Assembly (NCBI GenBank): GCA_002269645.1
Contig: NIVC01005124.1
Span: forward strand, 1 to 25,547
Direction of reading: 5' to 3'
Source of the DNA: Macrostomum lignano
Taxonomy: Eukaryota
DNA: 25,547 bases
Position numbers and translations under genes: made by a program. Shown here one piece after another: positions 1-12,445 of the stretch. The first letter of the stretch is position 1. Each line of letters opens with the position of its first letter. The notes below the pieces were generated by a model. That model ran no database searches. It was not told where the DNA came from and saw only the letters and a list, made by a program, of their open reading frames with translations.

Positions 1-50
1 CAGTCAATTGTAAGTTTATTAAGAAAATTGTCTTCCATGATATTCAATAA

Positions 51-1247
51 AGTAATCTGAGTTTATCGTGCGAGTAATCTAAGTTTATCATGAGAGTAAT
101 CTGAGTTTATCATGAGAGTAATCTGAGTTTATCGTGAGAGTAATCTGGGTTTATCATGAGAGTGATCTAAGTTTATCATGAGAGTAATCTGAGTTTATCG
201 TGAGAGTAATCTGGGTTTATCATGAGAGTAATCTGAGTTTATCATAAGAGTAATCTGAGTTTATCATGAGAGTGATCTAATTTTATCATAAGAGTAATCT
301 GAGTTTATCGTGAGAGTAATCTGGGTTTATCATGAGAGTAATCTGAGTTTATCATGAGAGTAATCTAATTTTATCATGAGAGAAATCTGAGTTTATCATG
401 AGAGTAATCTGAGTTTATCATGAGAGTAGTCTGAGTTTATCATAAGAGTGATCTGAGTTTATCATGAGAGTGATCTAAGTTTATCATGAGAGTAATCTGA
501 GTTTATCATGAGAGTAATCTGGGTTTATCATGAGAGTGATCTAAGTTTATCATAAGAGTAATCTGAGTTTATCGTGAGAGTAATCTGGGTTTATCATGAG
601 AGTGATCTAAGTTTATCATGAGAGTAATCTGAGTTTATCGTGAGAGTAATCTGGGTTTATCATGAGAGTAATCTGAGTTTATCATGAGAGTAATCTGAGT
701 TTATCATGAGAGTAATCTGAGTTTATCATGAGAGTAATCTGAGTTTATCATAAGAGTAATCTGAGTTTATCATGAGAGTAATCTGAGTTTATCATGAGAG
801 TAATCTGAGTTTATCATGAGAGTAATCTGGGTTTATCATGAGAGTGATCTAAGTTTATCATGAGAGTAATTTGAGTTTATCATGAGAGTAATCTGAGTTT
901 ATCGTGAGAGTAATCTGGTTTATCATGAGAGTAATCTGAGTTTATCATGAGGGTAGTATGAGTTTATCATGAGAGTAATCTGAGTTTATCATGAGAGTAA
1001 TCTGAGTTTATCATGAGAGTAATCTGAGTTTATCATGAGAGTAATCTGGGTTTATCATGAGAGTGATCTAAGTTTATCATGAGAGTAATTTGAGTTTATC
1101 ATGAGAGTAATCTGAGTTTATCGTGAGAGTAATCTGGGTTTATCATGAGAGTAATCTGAGTTTATCATGAGGGTAGTATGAGTTTATCATGAGAGTAATC
1201 TGAGTTTATCATGAGGGTAGTATGAGTTTATAATGAAAGTAATCTCA
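51..1247. repeat. 22-bp minisatellite (GAGAGTAATCTGAGTTTATCAT)n, about 54 copies
   Basis: GTTTATC recurs with period 22 (61, 83, ...). Units are contiguous with point variants and no spacers. Probably lies in a Pur-alpha intron (inferred). Confidence 0.97.
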
Positions 1248-1441
1248 GATTGTCGTGGGAGTCACTAAAATTGTCATAGTTATTCGAAAAAAGCTCCTGA
1301 GATCAAAGTTTCTTTGAGATTTGAGTCATACTAATCAAATTAGATTACTTTAGAACTTTTTCATAATTTCATGACGAGATTCTCCTGTTTTAATCGTTAG
1401 AGATCATCCTTCCAAGGGTTATCATGAGAGTTCTCTCCCTA

Positions 1442-1710
1442 GTCGTTGTAGGCTTAGTGGTTAGAGCGTCGGACTCGCGGCTGAAAGGTCAGGGGTTCGA
1501 TTCTCGATCCACTCGGAACAGTTTGTGTCCTTGAGCAAGACACCTATGCATTGCTTCAGTTCACCCAGCTGTAAAATGGGTAATTAAGGTGTGTGTGGCG
1601 ACCCTCCAGTCCTAAAGCCGTACGCAGCCTTTTAAATGCGCCTCGCAATAGCTGCGGCTGAGCTGTTGGTTGCACATCTGCCCATTAGTGCAGTTGTAAT
1701 AAAAAGTATA
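1442..1710 (+). mobile_element. tRNA-derived SINE with CORE-like central domain
   Basis: A box TAGGCTTAGTGG (1449-1460) and B box GGTTCGATTC (1494-1503) at tRNA spacing, but no acceptor stem and a broken anticodon arm. Followed by GTGTCCTTGAGCAAGACAC...CAGCTGTAAAATGGGTA, resembling the CORE domain (MIR: GTGACCTTGGGCAAG...CATCTGTAAAATGGG). The 3' end near AATAAAAAGTAT is approximate. Confidence 0.75.
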
Positions 1711-1861
1711 ATTGCTAGCTCCTGTCTCACAGCAAAACTACAAAACAGAATCTGCATGTATACCCCACTAAAAAAGACACTGCATTTTTATGCCATATAC
1801 TCGTAGTTTACTATAAGTAGCTGATAGAATACCCGAAATAACAACCGTCCACTGTGTCCAG

Positions 1862-2097
1862 ATGGCGTCGAACAGCTGCCCGGGCCGAAGTCGTTTCGCG
1901 CAATGGGCAAAATTTTCTACTTCGATGTTGGCGCCAACCGTCGGGGCACGTTTCTGCGCGTGTCCGAGGTTCACGCGAGCTATCGCACAGCGGTGACCGT
2001 GCCAGACAAATGCTGGGCTAATATGCGCGACATACTCAATGAGCTCATTGAGAACGACAGCAAACAGCCGGCCGCTCCTGAGGCAGCTAAAAATTGA
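1862..2097 (+). CDS. PURA: Pur-alpha, terminal coding exon (PUR repeat III); upstream exons lie outside the window
   Basis: CAG acceptor ends at 1861 (phase 1). The exon reads DGVEQLPGPKSFRAMGKIFYFDVGANRRGTFLRVSEVHASYRTAVTVPDKCW, matching PUR repeat III ([43 protein letters not shown]). Stop TGA at 2095-2097. Confidence 0.9.
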
Positions 2098-2214
2098 ATT
2101 GGGAAAAACAGTAGCAAACGAAAATACAGACAGAGATTAGTTATCGCACGTTTTTGCTTGAGTTATTGGATTTTTATTATCTTGTTTTTTAACTGGTCGG
2201 GTTGTTTGTGTTGT

Positions 2215-2220
2215 AATAAA
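2215..2220 (+). terminator. Candidate polyadenylation signal for Pur-alpha
   Basis: AATAAA about 120 nt after the stop codon in AT-rich sequence; motif only. Confidence 0.35.
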
Positions 2221-3551
2221 TATTAATACATTAATGTCCTTTTTCATCTAGTTGCGTTATTCAATTAAAGAGACGGCCTAATCTGTCCTTGTGTTTTGCA
2301 GCCTCTTTTTTATAACTATTTATTCATTTTAGAAAAATGCTACTATTAGTAGTGTCATTAAGATTGGTTTGGTTAAGAATTCAAGTTTCTGCCAGTTTTA
2401 ATGATTATATAAACCTAGGTCCTAGGATGTGTCCACTCTTGTCCAATAGCAAGCAGAGTTAGTGAGATTGACTAAAAAAATCTTTTTAAAAATCCGCGAT
2501 TATCGACCAAAGTTCAGTAGCTTAAACGCGCATTGACCGTATTTTTTGTTGTGAAAACATTGTTTCAATCCACACAACTCCACCCACCACTCTTCATCCC
2601 GACTCAACTCAACAGAATCTAGTAAAGTTAAGAAAATTTGACTGCACTAATCTTAATTATGTTACTATTAGTAGCGTCAAAAGGACCTCTCTCCGTATTT
2701 TGTCTGCTCTATTTTTGTCAATCTGTTACTTGTTTCATCGTCTTCCCGGGGAGCAATGAAAGCCAAGACACACTATTTGAAAACTACGACGAATAACAAC
2801 AAATCTGAGCCAGTATTGCTTACTTTAATTAAATTTTGCTGTACGGTTTTCTCCCAGTAACCTTGCTTGTCATAATTACTTCAAAAATAATTATCGTCAA
2901 ACCCTCGATGTAGTCGCATTTTTTCACTCTCTAATTTGCCTTACACTTGATTCTTAGAAAGCGGCTTACTATAATATAATTGTTTTTTTTATTTAGTTAG
3001 TGATGAAATGTAGTTAATACACCATACTGTGTTTTCATAAACTACGAGTATATTGGATGCTTAAACCAAACTGCGACTAATTCATTGTTATTGACGCTAA
3101 TTTCTGTAGCGTATCAGCTCGATCAACCATTACAGCTAAGTATTTGATGATCAATGATTTTTTGTAGCTTTTTTCTCTAACTATATATCATTTTTATCGT
3201 TGAAACTGCATGCGGAAAATTGGTTTGAAAATTGTTAGTGTGAGCTAATTAACCTGTCAGCGCTTTTGTTTCGGTTTGGCTGATTTATTGTCATCATTTT
3301 CTCCGTGTGTTTTCTTTTTATAAATATAACTTTGATGCTACAACAAAACTCCGTTTGGTGACTGCTTGTCTCTGATTTTGTCTCGTTCGGCTATTAAATT
3401 GCTGAAAAATATTAAACCGAGAAACAATGGTTTGCTTTGGTTTATTTTACACCTGTAGGCGAGATGGATTTACATGAAGCGACTTCAATGATTGCTAATC
3501 CGACTGGGTCGCTTATTTTTCGTATCGATAGTGCATTTAGTAAGCTCTAGC

Positions 3552-4003
3552 CACAGATACTATAGTAGCTCAGGGCCACTCAGCACATTTGCGTGTAAGC
3601 TACTTTCAGTTCAGTAGTAAGTTAAACCGAAGCATTTTAATGTATTTTAAAGCCAAAGTTCATTTATTGGCTCTTAACCCCCCTTAAACCCTCCCTCCAA
3701 CCGGCCGCCCCGCCCCAATTTTTATTGTCTTTCTCGGAATTCCAGCCCAAAGCTGCCATGTACATTTCAGTGGACTGGCTAATGTACATTATTGCTGAAC
3801 CAATTAGCAAGTTATTCACGCCAAAGATCATATAAGATCTATGGTTTACGCCTGAAAGCTTGGGCTTTTAAACCTGGGTTTTTAGGCCTTTTTTATCAAA
3901 TAGCTTATATATTCTTCTTTGCTACTGAACCGAAAGTAGAAAGCTGTTTTACTAAGTATATATGCCTGTCTGTGTGGCCTATCTAGTCATTTTAGTATCT
4001 GTG
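3552..4003. mobile_element. 452-bp non-autonomous DNA transposon (MITE), P-superfamily-like
   Basis: Perfect 11-bp TIRs CACAGATACTA (3552-3562) and TAGTATCTGTG (3993-4003) with CA...TG termini. Flanked by an 8-bp direct repeat GCTCTAGC (3544-3551) / GCACTAGC (4004-4011), 7/8 identical. No transposase ORF. Confidence 0.7.
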
Positions 4004-6131
4004 GCACTAGCTAGACCGAACGCATAGCTCTCTGAATGGGGTCTCGCCCTAGACACATTGTTGTGACCTTAGGATACACACCGGTCCCGCCAACAGCCCA
4101 GGAAACTCAATCTTTTGTTGCCAAGGCTGCAGTGAGGCGCAGTGCTGATTGGTCGCACAGGGGCGTATTGAATATACTAGCGCTTATGGGAAAAGTTCGA
4201 CCTTCTGGCAAAATCGTTGTATATCTCTCGACAGTCCGGAGGGCTGGCCACACTTGATTCTTGTTTGAGAAGGTGCGCAACAAAAAGTTCTCTGTGTTCT
4301 GGAATTCCGTGTGCCTGCGTTGCTGCGTTCCGGTGCAGCAAAATTGTCAGGGGGATTCGATTCCCCCTTTGGTAGTTCCACGGGCGGAAAATGGCTTAAC
4401 ATTCCTACTGTTAATTAGCCGACCTTTGATTATTATTTCTCCCCTCATCGTCAACCTATTAATCATGAAAATAGCTTTTACAGAGAGACACTTCTGATCT
4501 TGATGAAACTGTCAGTCCGCTACGCACAGCGTGCAATTAAAGATTGTGCATGCTAATGGCAGTCTATCATTAAACGAATTCACTACAGACTTCGCAACGC
4601 ATTATCAGCTATTTAGTATAGCTTTACTATGCAAATCAATCCTGATGGATTTCGGTCCATGCAGTATTGGTTTTACTCCGGGAGCCAATTAATCCCTCCC
4701 GAATCTCTGTGCGACCGAATCTCTGTACGTGTATCTTTAATACTCTCATAGCCCCCCCCCCAGTATGAGTAAGTGATAGCAAAGTCTGGCTGATAGACAA
4801 TTTGCATTGCAAAGTGCTTGCTCTCTCTCAGCTCTTATAGTCTTAGCGATGGAGAATCAAGGAGACTGAGAGGACTCGCATAGCTCTGCACTGGTTCCGT
4901 GCTCAGCATTGGTGGCGGTGGCTCTGCAGCCTCCCCCGAGCACACCCAATATCCCCCGCTAGCTGACTGGCAGAGATTTACAATGGGTCGGGGATCAGTA
5001 CTGTGGCTGTCAGTTAGCAGAAGTGCCAGTGTCCAAATCGAATAAAGAGCCCCATGAGAGTTTGGCTTGCAAATTCCCCTATTTGGGAATTTTCCGAGGG
5101 AAAGTCCAGCCCGAAGTGATCATCTCTCGGAGTAAACTGCTCTCGTGTCGGAAGTAGAGCTTGAGCTGCAACTGATCGACTCGCTAGCAGCTTGTACGCT
5201 GTCTTAGAACTGCACTTTATATTCGGAATTTTTGGTGCGCTAGGGCGTGAGAGACAGCTAGACTGCCGTAGCTTTGCAGCTCTGCGGGATCCCGTGTCTG
5301 CTGTCTAACCCCTCCCTTCCCCTCGCATCCCCCTCAGAGTGGCAGAGAAAAATTGCCGATTAACGCCAAAAGATTTGCATCTGTCAGATTTTCTGCCCCG
5401 GCCCCTCCAGTCCAACCCTACCTCCCTCGCCATTCCACACCCGACCAAGGAGGCCGAGAACCAGAAATTGGAGTAAGCAGCTCTTCCACAAACACCTCCC
5501 CCAGTTTTCAGACAACTTAACTGTCAAGTCCGACTGGAGTTTTCCAATTTTTATAGCTTCAGTAAAATGACTTTAGAGTGTAAACTGAGAAACTGCAGCC
5601 AGCCCAGACACTTGTCTGAAAACTGGTTGGGTAGCTGTTTTGGGGAAAAGCTGCCACTCCGTTCCGGGACCTGTGTCTTTAATACTCCTTGACCCAACCT
5701 GCGCCGCTACGGGTTCACTCTGAAGTTCTCCCAGCACCGCCAGGGAGGGGAATGAAGGGGAATGGACGAAAAAGGCCAACCACCCCATGCATATAGGGGT
5801 GATGAGGAAATGGAAGACCGCCCTGCCGCCGGATTAAGCAGTAGATATATATAGAGATAGCTAGATATATACTCTGAATATATTCTACACGGCTTCATAG
5901 GATTCGGTGGGAGACGCAGCGCCTCGGGATTGGTTGGGGCTGGGGGGAGGAGAGAGGGGGAGAGAGGATAAAACGGATCCAAGAGGAGAAGAGGCGGCAG
6001 GCATAGCTGGCATCCCAAACTATAAAATAGTCCTCCCAGCCACCGCAGCGGCAACAGATCATTGCCAATTTCTCCTGTATAGCAACTTTGCCGTCTCCGA
6101 TCGATAGCTAAAACTTTTCTAATCCCCTGCG

Positions 6132-6138
6132 TATAAAA
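6132..6138 (+). promoter_or_regulatory. Possible TATA box upstream of the GABA receptor gene
   Basis: TATAAAA 110 nt upstream of the ATG; a second TATAAAA at 6021. Motif only. Confidence 0.2.
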
Positions 6139-6241
6139 AGTTTTTTCTCTGTGTCCGAGAGAAGCTCAGAAAAGTTTTGCCGCAGGTTGGCCACCCAGCA
6201 GCACCCGGACGCGCTAGTCTTGCTGAACCACAGCCGGTGGC

Positions 6242-6422
6242 ATGCCTTCGGGCTTGGCCGCCGCTTCACCGCTGCTGCTGCTGCCGCTGCTGCTGCTGCC
6301 GCTGCTGAGTCCTGTCCGCGCCCAGACTCAGGCCGACGACAATTCCAATTCCGCCCGTTTGTCAAGCGCTATTCGTCGACTAACGCAAAACTATGACAAC
6401 AGGCTTAGGCCTAACTTTGGCA
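6242..6422 (+). CDS. Lcch3: GABA receptor exon 1: signal peptide and N-terminal helix
   Basis: MPSGLAAASPLLLLPLLLLPLLSPVRA signal peptide, then LSSAIRRLTQNYDNRLRPNFG (Cys-loop YDxRLRPxFG motif). Donor GTGAGA at 6423, phase 1. Confidence 0.9.
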
Positions 6423-6568
6423 GTGAGAACTCCGTTACTATGATGCTATTGTTACCTGCTCCCGTTCTTTATTGACTGACAACCTGCCGAATTCGTCACT
6501 TTTGCACATAGCTCTGCTACTCCCTTAATTTTCAAAATGTGCTGCATCACACCCTATTTTATTCCATG

Positions 6569-9500
6569 TCTACTCTCCATCTCATCCCGTCTATTCCCCA
6601 TCTCACCCTGTCTATTCCACATCTCACCCTGTCTATTCCACATCTCACCCTGTCTATTCCACATCTCACCCTGTCTATTCCACATCTCACCCTGTCTATT
6701 CCCCATCTCACCCTGTCTATTCCCCATCTCCTTCTGTCTATTCCCCATCTCCCTCTGTCTCTCCCTTCTCCTTCTGTCTATTCCACATCTCACCCTGTCT
6801 ATTCCACATCTCACCCTGTCTATTCCACATCTCACCCTGTCTATTCCCCATCTCACCCTGTCTATTCCCAATCTCCTTCTGTCTATTCCCCATCTCCCTC
6901 TGTCTCTCCCTTCTCCTTCTGTCTATTCCACATCTCACCCTGTCTATTCCACATCTCACCCTGTCTATTCCACATCTCACCCTGTCTATTCCACATCTCA
7001 CCCTGTCTATTCCCCATCTCACCCTGTCTATTCCCCATCTCCTTCTGTCTATTCCCCATCTCCCTCTGTCTCTCCCTTCTCCTTCTGTCTATTCCACATC
7101 TCACCCTGTCTATTCCACATCTCACCCTGTCTATTCCCCATCTCACCCTGTCTATTCCACATCTCACCCTGTCTATTCCACATCTCACCCTGTCTATTCC
7201 CCATCTCACCCTGTCTATTCCCCATCTCCTTCTGTCTATTCCCCATCTCCCTCTGTCTCTCCCTTCTCCTTCTGTCTATTCCACATCTCACCCTGTCTAT
7301 TCCACATCTCACCCTGTCTATTCCACATCTCACCCTGTCTATTCCACATCTCACCCTGTCTATTCCCCATCTCACCCTGTCTATTCCCCATCTCACCCTG
7401 TCTATTCCACATCTCACCCTGTCTATTCCACATCTCACCCTGTTTATTCCACATCTCTTCTGTCTATTCCCCATCTCCCTCTGTCTCTCCCTTCTCCTTC
7501 TGTCTATTCCACATCTCACCCTGTCTATTCCACATCTCACCCTGTCTATTCCCCATCTCACCCTGTCTATTCCACATCTCACCCTGTCTATTCCACATCT
7601 CACCCTGTCTATTCCACATCTCACCCTGTCTACTCTCCATCTCATCCCGTCTATTCCCCATCTCATCCCGTCTATTCCCCATCTCACCCTGTCTATTCCA
7701 CATCTCACCCTGTCTATTCCACATCTCACCCTGTCTATTCCTCATCTCATCCTGTCTATTCCACATCTCACTCTGTCTATTCCACATCTCACCCTGTCTA
7801 TTCCCCATCTCACCCTGTCTATTCCACATCTCACCCTGTCTATTCCACATCTCCTTCTGTCTATTCCCCATCTCCCTCTTTCTCTCCCTTCTCCTTCTGT
7901 CTATTCCCCATCTCACCCTGTCTATTTCTCATATCATCCTGTCTATTCCACATCTCACCCTGTCTATTCCACATCTCCTTCTGTCTATTCCCCATCTCAC
8001 CCTGTCTATTCCACATCTCCTTCTGTCTATTCCCCATCTCATCCTGTCTATTCCACATCTCACCCTGTCTATTCCACATCTCACCCTGTCTATTCCCCAT
8101 CTCACCCTGTCTATTCCCCATCTCCTTCTGTCTATTCCCCATCTCCCTCTGTCTCTCCCTTCTCCTTCTGTCTATTCCCCATCTCGCCCTGTCTATTCCA
8201 CATCTCACCCTGTCTATTCCACATCTCACCCTGTCTATTCCCCATCTCATCCCGTCTATTCCCCATCTCATCCCGTCTATTCCCCATCTCATCCCGTCTA
8301 TTCCCCATCTCACCCTGTCTATTCCACATGTGTCTATTACACATCTCACTCTGTCTATTCCACATCTCACCCTGTCTATTCCCCATCTCATCCTGTCTAT
8401 TCCACATCTCATCCCGTCTATTCCCCATCTCACCCTGTCTATTCCACATGTGTCTATTACACATCTCACTCTGTCTATTCCACATCTCACCCTGTCTATT
8501 CCCCATCTCACCCTGTCTATTCCACATCTCACCCTGTTTATTCCACATCTCCTTCTGTCTATTCCCCATCTCCCTCTGTCTCTCCCTTCTCCTTCTGTCT
8601 ATTCCCCATCTCACCCTGTCTATTCCTCATCTCATCCTGTCTATTCCACATCTCACCCTGTCTATTCCACATCTCCTTCTGTCTATTCCCCATCTCCCTC
8701 TGTCTCTCCCTTCTCCTTCTGTCTATTCCCCATCTCGCCCTGTCTATTCCACATCTCACCCTGTCTATTCCACATCTCACCCTGTCTATTCCCCATCTCA
8801 TCCCGTCTATTCCCCATCTCATCCCGTCTATTCCCCATCTCATCCCGTCTATTCCCCATCTCACCCTGTCTATTCCCCATCTCGCCCTGTCTATTCCACA
8901 TCTCACCCTGTCTATTCCCCATCTCACCCTGTCTATTCCCCATCTCACCCTGTCTATTCCACATCTCACCCTGTCTATTCCACATCTCACCCTGTCTATT
9001 CCCTATCTCCTTCTGTCTATTCCCCATCTCCCTCTGTCTCTCCCTTCTCCTTCTGTCTATTCCACATCTCACCCTATCTATTCCACATCTCACCCTGTCT
9101 ATTCCCCATCTCACCCTGTCTATTCCACATCTCACCCTCTCTATTCCACTTCTCACCCTGTCTATTCCTCATCTCACCCTGTCTATTCCACATCTCAGCC
9201 TGTCTACTCTCCATCTCATCCCGTCTATTCCCCATCTCATCCCGTCTATTCCCCATCTCATCCCGTCTATTCCCCATCTCATCCCGTCTATTCCCCATCT
9301 CATCCCGTCTATTCCCCATCTCATCCCGTCTATTCCCCATCTCACCCTGTCTATTCCACATCTCACCCTGTCTATTCCACATCTCACCCTGTCTATTCCC
9401 CATCTCACCCTGTCTATTCCACATCTCACCCTGTCTATTCCACATCTCCTTCTGTCTATTCCCCATCTCTCTCTGTCTCTCCCTTCTCCTTCTGTCTATT

Positions 9501-11332
9501 CCACATCTCACCCTGTCTATTCCACATCTCACCCTGTCTATTCCCAATCTCACCCTGTCTATTCCACATCTCACCCTGTCTATTCCACATCTCACCCTGT
9601 CTATTCCACATCTCACCCTGTCTATTCCACATCTCACCCTGTCTACTCTCCATCTCATCCCGTCTATTCCCCATCTCATCCCGTCTATTCCCCATCTCAT
9701 CCCGTCTATTCCCCATCTCATCCCGTCTATTCCCCATCTCATCCCGTCTATTCCCCATCTCATCCCGTCTATTCCCCATCTCACCCTGTCTATTCCACAT
9801 CTCACCCTGTCTATTCCACATCTCACCCTGTCTATTCCCCATCTCATCCCGTCTGTTCCCCATCTCACCCTGTTTATTCCCCATCTCCCTCTTTCTCTCC
9901 CTTCTCCTTCTGTCTATTCCCCATCTCGCCCTGTCTATTCCACATCTCACCCTGTCTATTCCACATCTCACCCTGTCTATTCCCCATCTCCTTCTGTCTA
10001 TTCCCCATCTCCCTCTGTCTCTCCCTTCTCCTTCTGTCTATTCCCCATCTCCCTCTGTCTCTCCCTTCTCCTTCTGTCTATTCCCCATCTCCTTCTGTCT
10101 ATTCCCTATCTCCCTCTGTCTCTCCCTTCTCCTTCTGTCTATTCCCCATCTCACCCTATCTATTCCCCATCTCCTTCTGTCTATTCCCCATCTCACCCTG
10201 TCTATTCCACATCTCACCCTGTCTATTCCACATCTCACCCTGTCTATTCCACATCTCACCCTGTCTATTCCCCATCTCACCCTATCTATTCCCCATCTCC
10301 TTCTGTCTATTCCCCATCTCCCTCTGTCTCTCCCTTCTCCTTCTGTCTATTCCCCATCTCCTTCTGTCTATTCCCCATCTCCCTCTGTCTTTCCCTTCTC
10401 CTTCTTTATTCCTCATCTCACCCTGTCTATTCCCCATCTCACCCTATCTATTCCCCATCTCCTTCTGTCTATTCCCCATCTCACCCTATCTATTCCTCAT
10501 CTCACCCTGTCTATCCCCCATCTCGCCCTGTCTATTCCTCGTCTCCTTCTGTCTATTCCCCATCTCACCCTATCTATTCCCCATCTCCCTCTGTCTATTC
10601 CTCGTCTCCTTCTGTCTATTCCCCATCTCACCCTATCTATTCCCCATCTCCCTCTGTCTCTCTCATCTCCTTCTGTCTATTCCCCATCTCCCTCTGTCTC
10701 TCCCTTCCCCTGTCTATTCCCCATCTCACCCTATCTATTCCCCATCTCCTTCTGTCTATTCCCCATCTCACCCTATCTATTCCCCATCTCCTTCTGTCTA
10801 TTCCCCATCTCACCCTATCTATTCCCCATCTCCTTCTGTCTATTCCCCATCTCACCCTATCTATTCCTCATCTCACCCTGTCTATCCCCATCTCGCCCTG
10901 TCTATTCCTCGTCTCCTTCTGTCTATTCCCCATCTCACCCTATCTATTCCCCATCTCCCTCTGTCTCTCCCATCTCCTTCTGTCTATTCCCCATCTCCCT
11001 CTGTCTCTCCCTTCCCCTGTCTATTCCCCATCTCACCCTATCTATTCCCCATCTCCTTCCGTCTATTCCCCATCTCACTCTATCTATTCCCCATCTCCTT
11101 CCGTCTATTCCCCATCTCACTCTATCTATTCCTCATCTCACCCTGTCTATTCCCTTTCTCACCCTATCTATTCCTCATCTCACCCTGTCTATCCCCAATC
11201 TCGCCCTGACTATTCCCCATCTCACTATGTCTATCCGCTATCTCACCCAGTCTTTTCCCGTTCTTACCCTGTCTATTCCTCATCTCGCCCTGTCTAATCC
11301 CCATTTCCCCTGTCTATCCGCTATCTCACCCT
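6569..11332. repeat. About 4.8-kb pyrimidine-rich 21-bp minisatellite (CTATTCC[A/C]CATCTCACCCTGT)n with a recurring 19-bp variant, in intron 1
   Basis: Contiguous 21-bp units, periodically interrupted by CTCTCCCTTCTCCTTCTGT (19 bp); the array degenerates after about 10400. It accounts for all the long ORFs between 6537 and 11297. Confidence 0.97.
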
Positions 11333-11832
11333 GGCTAGACACCTCTAGATCGCCAAGCTTAACCTATCTATCCATAGACGTGCTGCAAACTGGAACATAT
11401 TAAAGCGATCAAGTACGTCTTGGTAACACGAATTTAAAGTTCCTTAAAAGTACACACTGACCCATAGCCGTCCCTGGGCTGTCCCAGCAGCTAAGGCAGG
11501 TTGAACAGCGAGTATCAAAACTAATAGGAAACCGGTCTCTTGGCGGACTTACTTCAAGCTGGGAAAGGAAGGAAGGAGAAGAGAGCGGAGTGGACGGAAA
11601 GAGATTCTGCTCCACCTTGGCAGCGTCAGTCACAGCCTCGAGCATAATTTAAAACTGTTGTATGAAGAGAGCCGGAGCTAAAGAGTGGCCACTTCAATCG
11701 GCTTGGCTCAAGCTAAAATGCTTGGCTATATTTTTTCCTTGAGGTTTATCAATGAATCAAATTTATTTCAATCTAATTCTGAGAAGTTAGGCTTAAATTT
11801 ACTAGATTTTAATGGATGAGAAAGAGGGAGGA

Positions 11833-11938
11833 GGGTGAGAAGGAGGAAGAGTCGGAGGGTGAGAATGAGGGAGAGTGGAAGGGTGAGAAGAAGGGAGAGT
11901 GGAAGGGTGAGAATGAGGGAGAGTGGAAGGGTGAGAAG
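11833..11938. repeat. 24-bp purine-rich tandem repeat, about 4.5 copies
   Basis: GGGTGAGA at 11833, 11857, 11881, 11905 and 11929. Confidence 0.9.
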
Positions 11939-12249
11939 GCGGGCCGCGGTGACCCTGGACACCGACTGATCCGGTAGGTTATTCGAACCGGTCGAATAGT
12001 TAATTGGGCGGTCAAAGGTAAAAATGAAATAAGTACTTTATAATTACTTTGCACAGTGAGGGCGTCTCCACACGGTCAGTGAAGCAATTATTTAATGGGG
12101 TTATTTCGCTCAAGAACTCTAATTACTGTCTTCGTTTATTGAATTGAGTCTTCAGTCACACTTTCCGAAGTGATTATACCCCAAATCTGTGAGCAGGATT
12201 CAATCAATTTCGTATTGTATAACATCTAACCTGCCCTGTCTCAGCGACC

Positions 12250-12387
12250 TATTCTCCTCTCCTTTCTAACCCCCTCTCTTCTCCAGTTTTCCCTCTCTTT
12301 TCTGCCCTTTCTCCTAGTCTCCTTCCTCTATTCTCTCTCTCCTAGTCTCCTTCCCCTCTTCTCTCTCTCTCCTAATCTCCTTCCTCT

Positions 12388-12445
<58 letters not shown>

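Noticed and set aside
51-1247. CRISPR array
   Set aside because: The units are contiguous with no unique spacers, there are no cas genes and the context is eukaryotic.
1442-1515. Functional tRNA gene
   Set aside because: There is no acceptor stem, the anticodon arm is irregular, and the sequence continues directly into a SINE body.
1903-2097. Stand-alone 64-aa gene starting at ATG 1903
   Set aside because: Homology extends upstream to the splice acceptor at 1861, so the ATG is internal to a Pur-alpha exon.
3792-6107. Short intergenic ORFs
   Set aside because: No recognisable motifs or splice support; lengths are compatible with chance.
6108-6396. Poly-Ala ORFs 6151-6396 (+) and 6108-6365 (-)
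   Set aside because: They are alternative-frame readings of the CTG repeat in exon 1.
6537-11297. 1586-aa and 1556-aa ORFs, and the many minus-strand ORFs, as giant repetitive (e.g. adhesive) proteins
   Set aside because: They coincide with the 21-bp satellite, whose C/T-rich unit has no stop codon in any + frame. They lie within intron 1 of a well-supported gene.
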